A stretch of 64,000 nt of DNA from Octopus sinensis (GCF_006345805.1 NC_042998.1:122760001-122824000); one strand, 5' to 3'; positions 39,506 to 53,487 are shown, counted from the first letter of the stretch. Numbers and translations are program-made. The notes: generated by a model from the letters alone, not told the origin.

Positions 39506-39834
39506 CATACATACATGCATACATACATACATACATACATACATACATACATACATACATACATACATACATACATACATACAAGAAGAAAACATGTGCT
39601 ACGGCATACACTTAGGCTGTAAATTGTAGTGATATTGAAGTGAATTTGACAAATTTAAGAAATTTTTCTCCTAAAGATTATTGATTTACCTCACCTAATC
39701 CATTGGAATAATGCTTCGTTACAGAAGTCAAAATTCCTTCCAACCTTGTATTCCTGTTGACTAATTACATTTCTTGATTTTGTTATTTGTTCAATGAATG
39801 AAAACAAGATTATTAAACAAAGTACGCAGTATAT
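37485..39834. repeat. Diverged ~250-bp inverted repeat pair (37485-37738 and 39581-39834)
   Basis: gcattattccaatggattaggtgagg and attcacttcaatatcactacaatttacagcc occur in opposite orientations. Confidence 0.85.
39085..39230 (+). mobile_element. Degenerate tRNA-derived SINE head
   Basis: agaatcgtta...aaatgccttgcggtat...agttcaaatcccgcc. Confidence 0.55.
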
Positions 39835-40769
39835 TTGAGCTTTGTGAATATTCGCACGCAGGCGTGTGTCCCCATTCCCCACACACAAAGGTGATGAGAT
39901 ATTATGAAATGTAATCGGGTGGCCTTCCTAAATTGACTTACATGACCCACTCTACTTTCAAGTTTAATATATCTCTACGGTAGATCTTTCCCGTATTCGT
40001 ATGTCGATTCTATAACAAGTACAAAAGATATTCTCGGCAATTACAAACAACTAAACACTTCCAGTAGGAAATGTGGTCATTTGTTAAATTAGAAAAAAAG
40101 ATGAATAAATATAAACAAAGAACATACACATCAAAAGCTAACAATATCATGGCCATTAGTATCATTATAAAAATCAGTAGTTTTGTAGTTTCAATGCGTT
40201 TTAGTTCAGCGACGCATGTAATGGCTTGTATGAAAGATTGCCCAACGTAAAGTTGCGTATCAACCGTGGAGAACCGACAATAGCTATATCATTCTAATAT
40301 AATCGATCATAATATAACTACTCCACGCTCACTTTTGAACATCATTCTTCATCCTTATCGAGTCAATAAATATATAAGCATCTGTTTTGATTTCAGTTGA
40401 CCATGCTCCCTCCAAAGTGCCATAATTCTGAAATATGCGAAATGCTTAGTGGAGGTATAAGTGATCATCCGTCAGTTTGAAGCTTGACAAGAGCAAACAA
40501 CCACGATTGATCATAGAGAAACAATAGGGCTGAAAGAAAGTGTCTCTGAATTATCTTCTTAATACTAAATACATTTACAATAGGATTTCACATATGTAAT
40601 ATAGTGTATGGGAAAACGTAGATTAACTGAGAGTAACTCCTGCAATTATCTAGAAAATAGCTCACTAGGCTATTTTGATTATATATATATATATATATAA
40701 TAGTAATAATAAATTAATATATTAATATATGCATATATACATACATATTTGTTCATACTTACATCGATA

Positions 40770-41668
40770 TGTATATATACATGCATATATGGGTACAGGA
40801 CATCAAAAAAAAATTTGAACACATAAGAAACTTTGAACACAATGAGAAACGAAAACATAAAAACAAAAACATGGAAACGAACTATTTTTCAAACAAAGAA
40901 ATAACAGAGTACAAGACATAGAACACAAGGAATATTCCCCTTCTTCACTTGCCCCTGTTTCGTCTCCTCCGCGGCTCGAACGTAAGGTCAAAACGCGACT
41001 TCGTTGAAACATTCCTCCCTGCCAAGCAAATTAAATAAAATTAGGGATTTTTTGCGGAGCGGTAAAAGTGGTAACAAGAACAGGACAGTAGGAACAAAAA
41101 ATCAGTGAAAACAATAAAAGTAAAAATATTAAGATAGAACAAAGCGAATAACAGCAAAAACAAACGATGAGGGTTGTTAAACCAAGACGATGTAAAAATT
41201 ATTTTGGACGCTTGAGGAGACAGCTTATTACGAGAGAGACCGGATAAGTAGTCTTATCTTGGTGAAGATAGCACTCGGAAAGATGGTTTCCCTCTGGTGA
41301 CGTGTCAGTGACGAGAGTCGAGGGGGAGGAGGAGGAGGAGAAAGAGATAGGGAACAGTGAAGGGGAAAAGAGAAGAATAGGGAAGGATGGGCGAGAAAAA
41401 CAGAAAGAGTGAAAAACACGAGAGGGAGAGAGATAGACAGAAGAATGTGCATCATAATTATTAAGATAAAAAACTTAGTTGGAATCATATAATAATAAAA
41501 TAATATATAAACATATGCATATATACATACATATATGTACATACCTACATCTATATGTATATATACATGCATATATGGGTACAGGACATCAAAAAACTTT
41601 GAACACAATGAGAAGCGAAAACATAAAAACAAAAACATGGAAACGAACTATTTTTCAAACAACGAAAG
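40770..41668 (-). mobile_element. Non-coding Penelope-type element: ~780-bp unit plus partial tandem repeat
   Basis: 40770-40900 is repeated directly at 41553-41668 (gggtacaggacatcaaaaaa...aaacatggaaacgaactatttttcaaacaa). Homologous to 2995-3240. Confidence 0.55.
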
Positions 41669-41769
41669 AACATATATATATATAATAATATTAGGGAATA
41701 AATCCAAACTTACAGGGAAAAATTAGATTTAGGATTAAATTCAATTTTATAGTATAAATATATTATATT

Positions 41770-41931
41770 ATATTATATTAAATTAGAGATAAAACAACTA
41801 TTAGGCAAATCAAACAGTGAAAAACATAAGCCAATACGTAAAATTAATTTAAAAATATAAAAGTTAAAAATTAAAAAATTATTTAAATAATTTAAACTTA
41901 TAAATTTTAAATATATATATACAAATATATA

Positions 41932-41977
<46 letters not shown>

Positions 41978-42330
41978 TTTTATATTTATATATTATTTAA
42001 TTAATTAATTATTAATTAATTAATTAATTTATTTATTTTTTAATATAAATATCAAAAGTATTAAAACTTTTAATACTTTTGATATTTATATAAAAAATAA
42101 ATAAATAAATTAATTAATTAATAAATAAAATAATATATAAATATAAAAATATGCATACATATATATTTATATATTTGTATATATATATTTAAAATTTATA
42201 AATTTAAATTATTTAAATACTTTTTAAATTTTTAACTTTTATATTTTTAAATTAATTTTATGTATTGGCTTATGTTTTTCACAGTTTGATTTGCCTAATA
42301 GTGGTTTTATCTCTAATTTAATATAATATA
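41770..42330. repeat. AT-rich near-perfect palindrome (~280-bp arms)
   Basis: Centre aaaagtattaaaa-c-ttttaatactttt at 42067. Outer arms ttagagataaaac.actattaggcaaatcaaac.gtgaaaaacataagccaata pair. Confidence 0.9.
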
Positions 42331-42415
<85 letters not shown>

Positions 42416-44608
42416 CTGCACACACATATATAGTTTGTTACATAACAGAAAAAACGACTAAAGTGACGCAAGCTATATCAGTGTTAAGTGCATGAAACGT
42501 TTTAATATTACATTGTTGATAAAATGATACAGTGGTGTCGATTCAGTCCTTTTTGTTTCCATTTATATAACAATTTGTTTTCAAACCAAGCTTAGATGAG
42601 TTTTAAGAACTAGAACATCACAGTGTTTATCTCATCCAAATGGATAATTTATTTCTCCTCAATCATCCATTTATTCTTAAAGGACAGATGAAAGAAATGC
42701 CATTTGTCGGCTCTATTCGTTGAACAGAATATTTACTTAGTTGTTAACAGCAGTCTTGCTCCAAATAAAATGATATCAGTATTGTTTTTATAACAATGTG
42801 TTATTTCTCTTTGAATCCTGAGTGTAAACGGACACTTATTTAGTAAATTATGCCAACTAAATATTCACAAAAACAAACCTTTGTATATTTCTTGTATGAA
42901 ATTCTATTTTGATCCAATGTTTACGTGATATAACTTTTTTGTTAGTTAAGATTAATTACTCCATTAAAATTAGCTTTTATAATAGGAAGTGATCCCACAA
43001 AAACAATTGCAGTAGCACAATTTGTTTTATTTTATTTTTTAACCATGCTCCAACAGAATACCGGTATATTAATTTCAATTCCCAAATTTGGTTATTTGAA
43101 ATTAATAATTTTCAAAAGGAAACAAGAAAAAAGTCACAGAGAAAATATGAAAGCATATTCAAAATTTTAAAAAAGCACTCCTTGGAAATTAACCTTGATG
43201 TAAACTATTTTCTTCAAGACTTTCACTTTAATTTTTCTCAAATTTTAATACCATCGTTTAGGCCTAAATAAAATGCTAGCTCTAATAATTTCAGATTACT
43301 GAAATTTTCAAATACTTGATTAAACTTTTTAAAAATTTTATCACTGATAATTATTTCACAAAAAAATTATAGCTCATGTAAGGAATGCTGTTTAAATGAA
43401 ATGATGCTAGCTTAATTACGTAAGTTAAATACAGTTTACCTGACGTATCTAATTACTGAACAATTTATCATGGATTTAAGTACATTACAAATTAAATTTG
43501 GAAAAAAAGAACAAGATAAATTAATGTACTCTTGTTTTATGTTTCAAACTTAAATTGCATTTTGTGTTTGACACAACTCCCTTTTTAGACCCAATTTTCT
43601 CTCAAAGCAACTAATCAATGATTTCAAATTACTTAGAATTAACTAGGTTTCCATATTCTCAATATGTCATATGATACAATGTAATTTGAAGGAAAGGTCA
43701 CACTCAAGCGAAAATAATTAATTTTCTCCTCTTGTATTAATTATTGGTAGTGTTGGGGAAATACTGCGATAATATAGTCATCTGAAGTGTATGAACCAAC
43801 TAAATTCCATTATCAAATATATTCTTTCGAATTAATAGAGCAATTATAGTTTTTAATCATCATTATTGTTGCATAGTCCCTTTTATAGCGGAGTAGTTGT
43901 AGTTGACTAAATCGTTATTTTCCTATATTACAAAATATTTTCTGACAATCTCAGTAGCAGGCGTTGCGATTTAAATGAGGAGATATAGGTGACAGAAATT
44001 GATAACCTGTTGTGTATTCGGTTTATCCGGAATTAACCCCTTTCATACAGTGTTCACAATCTTTAATTACCGTGAATGCTTTTTGACTTCAAGAATATCT
44101 TGGAATTTCAAAAACTCTGCATGAAATTTATTAATACTAGTGTATAGAAAATTACCAGATTATATGATACCTATTACTAAAGACACCTGATGGAGGATCA
44201 AACAGCTTCACTGCTCACGTAACATTTAAATGCACGTATTCACACTTTACGAACCTTGTGGATAAATAACACATTTACTTGGTAATAGAACATCCATTTA
44301 GAGTGGCGCCACAAAATCAATTTTTTGACGGTTTACATGACGAGTAGGGAATCATCGTAAAGAGAGAATGTCAATTTGCCGCAGGTATCATTCCCAGAAG
44401 ATCTGACAGTCATTTCCGATAATTGAATGGATTAATAGATGTAAAATGAAGATGCACAGAGAAAGGAACAAAGGAACAAAGTAGATTTGAAGTTACATAG
44501 TTTTATATAATCTTCACCAAGTTAATTCGTTTCTGTAAGTGAGACGGACGTATATGTGACATGCGAAAGAGTCAACTAAATTATTCACACACACACACAC
44601 GCATGCAT

Positions 44609-44707
<99 letters not shown>

Positions 44708-45288
44708 ATATTGTATGTATAGTATATATATATATTTATATGTGTATAATATATATGCACACACACATATATAATATATACATGTGTGGTACTTGGTGTA
44801 TGTGTGTGTGCGGGTGTATGTGTGGTGTACTTGTGGTATGCGTATGTACTTGTATGTATGTATATATATTATGAAAAGTAATGATAGGAGACCTCAACAT
44901 GATAGCCTGAAGCTTCCATTGCCTAATACCAAAATATAAAGCAGTTACTGGAATTGTTTTGCTTTAGATTCACAAGAAAAAAATTCATTTTAGGATAGTT
45001 ATACTGAAAGAGAGAGAAAAATGCAAAATTACAATTGAATAAATTATCCAAAGACATCTGTGAAGCATTTCAACTTTTGAGTTCTTTTGTGACAATCATG
45101 GTTGAACAGTTTTATCACTTTAAGCAGCCTCCGGGATAGCAGATTCGACTGCCGATAAAGAATATAAGTAAAATTAAACATATATATATAGATATATATA
45201 TGAACAGTATACACAGGTTAAGTAGATTTTTCTGATTATAAAAATCAATATTCAAATAGTACATTCTGTAAAGAAAATTACACCTCAC

Positions 45289-45402
45289 CACATTTGACCG
45301 ATCTGACCTGGGAATTTTAGCAACTTTATACATGTGATAAACAGTCGCCATGGGCTTTAGGAGACAGTTATTTGTCTTCTGTTGGTTTTGAAATTCCTCT
45401 TC
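45289..45402 (-). other. Candidate isolated exon (114 nt, open in frame 0)
   Basis: Acceptor tgtgtctttctcttcag, donor gtgagg. Encodes EEEFQNQQKTNNCLLKPMATVYHMYKVAKIPRSDRSNV; no homologue recognised. Confidence 0.2.
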
Positions 45403-46754
45403 CTGAAGAGAAAGACACAATATGGTCCATTATTCAAGATTTGGTATTGCTTTCGAAACATGTAGAATGAAATTAAAACGATTCTGTTCAAACTGCGATA
45501 TTTCTTCAATTCACCAATAAATGTTTTAATTTCAATTATAGCACCAAACGAGTTGCAAAGCCAGATGGTTGTACTCCAGTGCTGTTCCACTGCTGATGAT
45601 GCTGATACTAATATCGGTTAAACTTTTTGATAATCTACTACAAGATATTATCTTCTATTTCACATATATATAATATATATTATATATAAACCTCATAGGA
45701 ACTCTGCGACTTCTATTACTTTTACGAAAATCTATTGGAGAATTTAATTTTGTAAGAAATCAAGCAAAGAACACGTTAAAAGAAAAAGTAGAATGTGGTA
45801 TTTAAAGAAACGTGTATGTTTTAATCACTTTGTGTAAAACTTTTAGCTCGAGTGAAGTCTTGAAAAGTTTTTTTCAGAACTAATAGTAAACAGTTATATA
45901 TTATCAAGTAGAAACCGAGAAGATATTGTTTTTTTATAGCATCAAAGTTATTTTTCTTTGAAGTAATCGTCTAAATACTTGGTAAGAAACTCAAAGTTTA
46001 AGCCATAAAAATAGTAATGTGGAACATACGAACGAAAATGTTGCAGATAGAAAACAAATAGTGAACATGAATTGAAAAGATGAAGAACTGATATTCTTAG
46101 GATAGAAATACGTGAGATGGAACAGTTATTGAAATTGATAGTAATATTGATAAATTATAAATCTCTCTTTCGTTTATACTTCTCTTTCATTATCTTATTC
46201 GCTCTCTTTCTCTCTTTCTCTCTATCTCTCTCGTAAAATATTTGAGTTTTACACAAGCCGCTGACGAGTAAGAATCAAGATTTAGATCTATATGCAATAT
46301 AGAATTTTAAAAAATGCCTGGAATATTTTCGCATATTACTGGTAATTTTTCTACAATTTCAAACAAAATCACTGTTATGGTTTTACATCAAATTTTCTTA
46401 CACGGAATTTCCCTTTAAATTGGAAATACGAAAGAAATATTGGAAAAGATTTCAAAATATATAATATAGAAATTTTCAGAATGTACTCTACAAAGTTGTC
46501 TGGAAGAAATTCAGTACAAAAATCTGGGTATCTAATATATAAGATATTTTGGATGTTATAGCATAACATCGTTCACATGAGAGTATGAAGTAACATAGAA
46601 ATGGGCAACAAATAAAATAAATGCTTATGAAAGATACTTTAAAACTTTTTTGCATTGAGACTATTACAAATAAGTTGCAGGGTAATTTCAATATTTACTT
46701 TACAAAAAGGTTGATTTAAAGTTCTTTGAGACGCAAGGGAACTCATAATAATAT

Positions 46755-47339
46755 TTTCTACTGCAAGCAGAAGGCTCGAAATTTTGTGGGGCGGGCACTA
46801 GTCAATTACATCGACCGCAGTGTTTCACTGGTACTTAATTTATCGACCCCGAAAGAATGGAAGTCAAAGTTGTCTTCGGCGGAATTTGAACTCAGAACGT
46901 GCAGACATTTTGCCAGCTTATTGCCTTAAGGGAACTCAATAATCTTTTCTACTGGAGGCACAAAGCCTGAAATTTGTGGGAATAGGACTAATCGATTATA
47001 TTGACACCAGTGTTTGAGTGGTAGTTAATTCATTGACCCCGAAAGGATTAAAGGCATAGTCAACCTCGGCGGTATTTGAAATCAACGTAGCAGCAGACGA
47101 AATGCCTATTTCTTTACTACCCACAAGGGGCTCAACACAGAAAGGACAAACAACGGCAGACAAACGGATTAAGTCGATTATATCGACCCCAGTGCGTAAC
47201 TGGTACTTATTTAATCGACCCCGAAAGGATGAAAGGCAAAGTTGACATCGGCGGAATTTGAACTCAGAACGTAGCGGCAGACGGAATACCGCTAAGCATT
47301 TAACTCGGCGTGCTAACGATTCTGCCAGCTAGCCGCCTT
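46755..47339 (-). mobile_element. Tandem cluster of three tRNA-derived SINEs (46755-46927, 46945-47104, 47105-47339)
   Basis: - strand A-box tggcagaatcgttagc, B-box gttcaaattcc, core gcctttcatcctttcggggtcga..aaataagtaccag. Confidence 0.9.
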
Positions 47340-47696
47340 AGGGGAACTCATGATAATGATTTCTAACAAACCTAAGGCAGTATAGAGTGGGGTAGGGTAA
47401 AACTAAATGATAAATTTCATCAGCATTGGTAATCGGATAAAATTTACTTTATTCACTAAGGTAGGATCAAAATCCAAGAGAATAAATGCTTTAGAATTAA
47501 TATTTGTCTTTCTAGTGACCACAATACTGGCAAAGAGGAATAAAAAATATTAACACTCGAAACAAAAGCTGGATCACTATGAAACATAGAAAAGGTGTAC
47601 TAGTGTTTTACTAATAACAATCAGAAAAAACCTCGACTTAATTCTTAGTTTGCAAACACGTTTCAATTTGTTACAAAGTATAGACCAAAAAAATAT

Positions 47697-47910
47697 TGGT
47701 TTCAAAATTTGGTACAAGGCCAGCAATTTAGGGGGACGGGTTAAGTCGATTACATCAATCCCAATGTTCAACTGGTATTTGTTTTATTGACCCCCAAAGC
47801 GATGAAAGACAAAGTCGGATTCAGTGGAATTTGAACTCAGAGTGCCAAGACAGACGAAATGACGCTTAACGTTTTTCTCGATGTGCTAACAATTCTGCCA
47901 AGTCGCTGCT
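47697..47910 (-). mobile_element. tRNA-derived SINE
   Basis: Same family motifs (ggaatttgaactcag; gacccccaaagcgatgaaag). Confidence 0.85.
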
Positions 47911-49377
47911 TTTCTAGAGATACAAGAATTTGCAAAGAATTACATACTTATAAATGTATTAATACTTATAATAAATGGTAGGGATTCTTATTTAACCAGT
48001 TATTTTTCATAGCAGTGTAGTTGTTTACCGGAAAAAGGAAATAATTTCTTTTCCAGGTGCGAAGGAGAAAAAAGAATGTTTTTTCTTAGAGTAGCTGTTC
48101 AAAACAATATTTATTTTTGTATTGTGTTTGTTTTGTGTAAGTTGAAATATACTTGAGAGCTAAGTGTACATGTATTGCTTATTATTGGTACAACACGTGC
48201 ATTTAATTTCTATATCGAATTTACGTTTGGAGTGTTTATAAAATTTTCCCTAATTCATCTTGGCGAGTCTAGTTGTCTCTAAATAGAACAACGTTCTTAT
48301 CACCTTTTAGAAATCGCTACTATGAAAATGTATAGAGTAAAAAAATGTTGAATTCTGGATTTGAAAATTGTTTATCGGTATGTGGTTATATATATTTATT
48401 CTGATTTCAAACTCAGTCGAAGTAAACAAGGGCAATTAATTAGATTGCATACATTCTTTTGTATTTTTCACCAACAATCTTTTTGGTTTATAGCAAATTT
48501 GAAATCATCACCATCATTGGTAACGATATATTTTGTAAATAGCAACCGTTTTCTTTCTTATCTAGATACATCGAAAATAACATGGTATTACTTACAAAAT
48601 TGAGAGATAATCCTATTGTCCATTCTGTCATTGTAGGTGATGCTATTGTACTATAGCCGGTGAGATTTTTTTTAATGTTAAGAAGTGTTATTTAAAAAAA
48701 AACAATTGAAAGAGCAAATGAGAAATAGCAAATGTTATGTTTAAGTTAAAACTGGATTACCAGCCATCTTTATATTGGTTTCGCTATACTGAGATGGCAG
48801 CATATCGATCATGAAATTTAAGGATTGACATTTTTATTTTTATCTAAGAAATCCTTATACAAGTCGGATTTGGAACGTGTAAGGTATTACATTTATAATT
48901 GTTCATCAAAATTGGTAAATGTGTAATGTACTTTTTCCAAATTTGCTCTGCTTTAATTTAGGTTCAAAATATAACAATCTCTAGAAAAAAAAATGGTAGC
49001 AGTGATGTTAGATTTATTACCTTTCTTAACATCTTACTCATTATTGTGATGCGCAACAGGTAATATTATGCAGTGAACAACATTAATAATCATCTACTTA
49101 AATTATTAGTTGATACTCTATAGACCATACCATATCCTTTCCTGTGAATGTCGCTGTGAAGAAAAGTTTTTACTACCGTTTTATATGAGAATAACAACCA
49201 GAAAAGAGGTACTGACGACTTGAAAACAGTGCGATCTTGTGAAGACTACATGAATTACCTACCAGTTCTTTTATGTTATTTTTGAAATGGTCACCTTCTC
49301 CAGTTTTGTGAGCTGAAGCTATTAAATTAAGGTTTTTCATAAAAATCGATTGAAGCAATTTGCACTCCCTTCTTAAT

Positions 49378-49592
49378 AATGGTTTAAAATTTTGGCACAA
49401 GGCCAACATATTTTGAAGAGAGAGGGAATTCGCTTACATTGAACCCAGTACTTGAGTGGTACTTATTTTATCGACCACGGAAAGATATATGGCAAAGTCG
49501 GCCTTGGAGGAATTTGAGTTCAGAATGTAAAGACGGAAGAAATTCCGATAAGCATTTTGTCTAGCGCTGCAACGATTCTACTAGCTTACCTC
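49378..49592 (-). mobile_element. tRNA-derived SINE
   Basis: ggtacttattttatcgacc...ggaatttgagttcagaatgt. Confidence 0.85.
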
Positions 49593-50921
49593 CTACCTAT
49601 CTTTTTTAAAAACTTGGGAGAATGACATTATTATTCTATGCAAATTAGTTATTACAAGGAAATTATTCAATACCATTGTACAGGGCTTTTTGGAAAACGT
49701 GCTGGACTGGTAATTGCTCCTTTGTTCTTTATTTCTTTTATTCGAATACGACACAGTCTAAAGACTTGTGCCAAATTGAACAATAACGAAAGTTGATATT
49801 ATCTGCTCGTCACCGATAGCTGAAGTGATAATAGTCAATGCAATAGGAGAGCTGAGGGAGGTCTCAAATTACCTTCTTAGAATGCAGCTTTTCAACTTTG
49901 TTAACGTATATGCCTCTAGCCACTAACTATATTTCTTATAATTACGCATTCTATCAAAAGTGGATTTTGAAATTGTGTCTAATATTTACTTGCATCATAT
50001 TTACTTCTACTTATTAATGGTTTTCATTCTATGGCATTTCGATGGTTATCATAAGGCATGCCATTTCGAAAAAATCGCTGTCAGCGGATGTTAGACCTTT
50101 ACGTTGTTTCCAAATAGATCATTTAAGAGGCACATTTTTGTGCAAAGATTGAAATGTTTGCAGCTTTGTGTGTATTTCTGTATGCGTGTGTGTGTATGTT
50201 TGTATGTGAGTGTGCATGCGTGTGTGTGTATGTTTGTGTGTGTGTGTGTGTGCATGTGTGTGTGTGTGGGTGTGTGTGTGCAGTACTTATGCTAGGTTCA
50301 TCATCACACTACCAATTATTGATTTTACTGGAAACATTTAGATAAACCTTTGCGGGTTATATTACTTGCTTTGCTGCGTAAACGTGCATTATTCTACATG
50401 TTCTTTAAGCCCTCTTGTCTTTTATTCCGTTTATGGCTTCTATCTTCTATAACAATAAAATGTTCATTTATCCATGTATTTGTAATTACTAAAAATCTCA
50501 AATATCGGGATTAGATTTACTTATTTTTGAAGGTATCGGTATGACGTGATGTGAATTCTTCGTAGTGTATTGCAGATAAAGTCTTTTAATCTATACTGAT
50601 GTATAAAAGATGGCTCTCTATGAAGCTGCCGCAGGCACAAGTTACGTGTATCAAATTAACTTTCAATAGAAGAGCACACACAATGAATCACAATATGCTT
50701 TCTTCTCTTATATCATCAACCTTCTGACATATATCTACATGATTCTAATGCTAGCCTTCGTGTAGCTATGTGTTTTTCACCATTCATAAATATCTCCCTT
50801 CTTATGTAAATTAAATTCTCAGTAGTAATTTGTGCATTATTTATCATTGTTAATGGTAAAGTTGTTCTTCTAATCATTATCATTAATACTTTTAATATGA
50901 GTATCTGCTAGATTGTGAGAA

Positions 50922-51110
50922 GACAGAATTGTTAGCATGCTGAGCGGCATTTTGGCCTTCTCCATGCTCTGAGTTCAAATTCCACAGAATTCGACTTTGC
51001 CTTTCATCCTTTCGCAGTCAATAGTATAAGCATGTGTTGAGCACTGGGGTAGGTGTAATCGACTTACCCCACGACACAAAATCGCTGGTCTTGTGCCAAA
51101 ATATCAAACC
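50922..51110 (+). mobile_element. tRNA-derived SINE
   Basis: ctgagttcaaattcc...cgactttgcctttcatcctttcg. Confidence 0.85.
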
Positions 51111-51646
51111 AATATGGGTATCAATTGGCGTTTTCATTCTTTGGTTAAAGATGTGATTAAAGAATATTCCTTTTTGCTTTTTCATGTATTTTGTGAGGGT
51201 CCTCATGCCAATAATAAATATATGCACTGGTTCTATTCCACTCCCCGAAGCAGAGGTGGTATCTCATCTATGAGGTCACGAATGGCAACGAAGGACTTGG
51301 ATGGACATATAAGATTGATTGGTTGACCGACCGAACACTTAGTCAAACAATCGACTAGTTGATTGGTTAATTGGTTAACTAGTTGACTAATAGTACTAAA
51401 AGAAGGAAAGCATCCAGTACGTGTGTTTATTATTAACATAATGATACTCGCAAGTTTCAGCAAAATCTGTTTCAAAACTCGATTTGACATACAGGGTATT
51501 GCAAACGAAACACGAAATAAGAGTGTTGAATATACTTATAGTCCTATTAGTTACGACGCATGTAAACTATATGTAATCTATACACAATATGCTCTTGGAA
51601 AGAAAAAGGGAAGCTGTTCATATATATCATATTGTGCACCCCAACC

Positions 51647-51711
<65 letters not shown>

Positions 51712-51745
51712 TGTGTGTGTGTGTATGCGTGCTGTTATGCTTATA

Positions 51746-52272
51746 TTGGTTTGTCCGGAAAGTTCGTGCCGATTTTTAAAGGAAAGAAGAAGGTCAATAA
51801 ATACTCGCCATTACATTCTTAATTAACCAAATGTTAACCATTTTGTTACACAATGCGTCTCCATCTTTCCTTTAACTTAAAAATGCCCTCTTCCCAGAAC
51901 TGAGGTGGTTTCATGGCAAAGGATTCATGAAGGTATCTTTTTACGTCATCCAAGGTTTTGAAATTTTTACCATTACGACTATTCTGCATGGACCTGAATA
52001 AGTGGAAATCCGAAGGAGCAATATCTGGTGAATATGGAGGGTGGGGTAACAAAGCATCAAGCGCCGAAAATAAACTTTCTTATCTTCCAATTTAAAGGGT
52101 TAGAGAATTAACATCGATTATAGGAACATAAACCTTCTTCCACGAAAAGATAGCTTAAACTGTACTCTAAATGGAGGTGTAGTCAAATCGTATTTTATGG
52201 ACTCAGCGAAGTTCTAAAATAAGTCGAAAAGTAAGCTACTATAAATCGGCATGAACATTCCGGACAACCCAA
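51746..52272 (-). mobile_element. Internally deleted mariner element with both TIRs
   Basis: TIRs ttggtttgtccggaaagttcgtgccgattt / aaatcggcatgaacattccggacaacccaa. C-terminal peptide LPHPPYSPDIAPSDFHLFRSMQN (51846-52052). Confidence 0.9.
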
Positions 52273-52286
52273 TTTATATACATATT

Positions 52287-52461
52287 TGGCACATGCAAGA
52301 GTGGCTGTGTGGTAAGTAGATTGCTTACCAACCCCATAGTTCTGGGTTCAGTCTCACTGCGTGGCACCTTGCGCAACTGTCTTCTACTATAGCCTCGGTC
52401 CGACCAAAGCCTTTTGAGCGGATTTGGTAGACGAAAAGTGAAAGACGCCCGTCGTATATAT

Positions 52462-52520
<59 letters not shown>

Positions 52521-52750
52521 AATAATATATGCCTGTGTATATGTTTGTGTGATTGTGTTTATCCCCCAGCATCGCTAGACAACACATGCTGGTGTGTTTA
52601 CGTCCCCGTAACTTAGCAGTTCGGCAAAAGAGTCCGATAGAATAAGTATTAGGCTGAGAAAGAATAAGTCCTGGGGTCGATTTGCTCGACTAAAGGCGGT
52701 GCTCCAGCATGGCCAGAGTCACATGACTGAAACTAGTAAAAGAGTAAAAG
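52287..52750 (+). mobile_element. tRNA-derived SINE with internal (CA)n
   Basis: A-box tggctgtgtggtaag, B-box gggttcagtctc, tail gactgaaactagtaaaagagtaaaag. Confidence 0.85.
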
Positions 52751-52774
52751 ACATGTATACACGAGTATGTGTCT

Positions 52775-53150
52775 TATTTTTCACTTGTTTCACTCATTAG
52801 ACTACGGCCATGGATTAGTCGAACAAATCGACTTAACTACTTATGTATTATTTTAAGCTTCGTACTTATTCTATCGGGTACGTTTGACGAAATGCTAAGT
52901 TACGGGGACGTGAACAAAGCAAAACCTGTTGAAAAGTGGTCGTTGGACACTCACATATAAATATGTACATACACGCACACACACGTACAATTATACGACT
53001 TTCTTTCAGTTTCAGTTTCTACCAAAGCCACTCAGAAACCTCTGGTCGACCCAGAGCTATAGCAAAAGACACTATTTTCAAGGTACCACAAATTGGGACT
53101 GAACACCGAACCATATGGCTGAGAAACTATCTTATTACAACTCAGTTATG
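52775..53150 (-). mobile_element. Diverged inverted copy of the adjacent SINE
   Basis: gctaagttacggggacgtgaac, gtcgacccagagctatagc and aaggtaccac..tgggactgaac are reverse complements of 52287-52750 motifs. Confidence 0.8.
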
Positions 53151-53243
53151 CTTCTATACAAGCATACATACATACATACATACATACATACATACATACA
53201 TACATACGTACATACATACGTGCATACATATATGAATGTATAT

Positions 53244-53289
<46 letters not shown>

Positions 53290-53356
53290 TATATATATAT
53301 TAGTATATTATATGTACATATATGTATATGTGTATATATATATATATATAATATAT

Positions 53357-53409
<53 letters not shown>

Positions 53410-53439
53410 TTATATACATACATACATACATACATATAA

Positions 53440-53487
<48 letters not shown>

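Noticed and set aside
46258-46300. CTGACGAG hammerhead-like word (also CTGANGA at ~47420 and ~58056)
   Set aside because: No downstream GAAA...UH and no closing helix I
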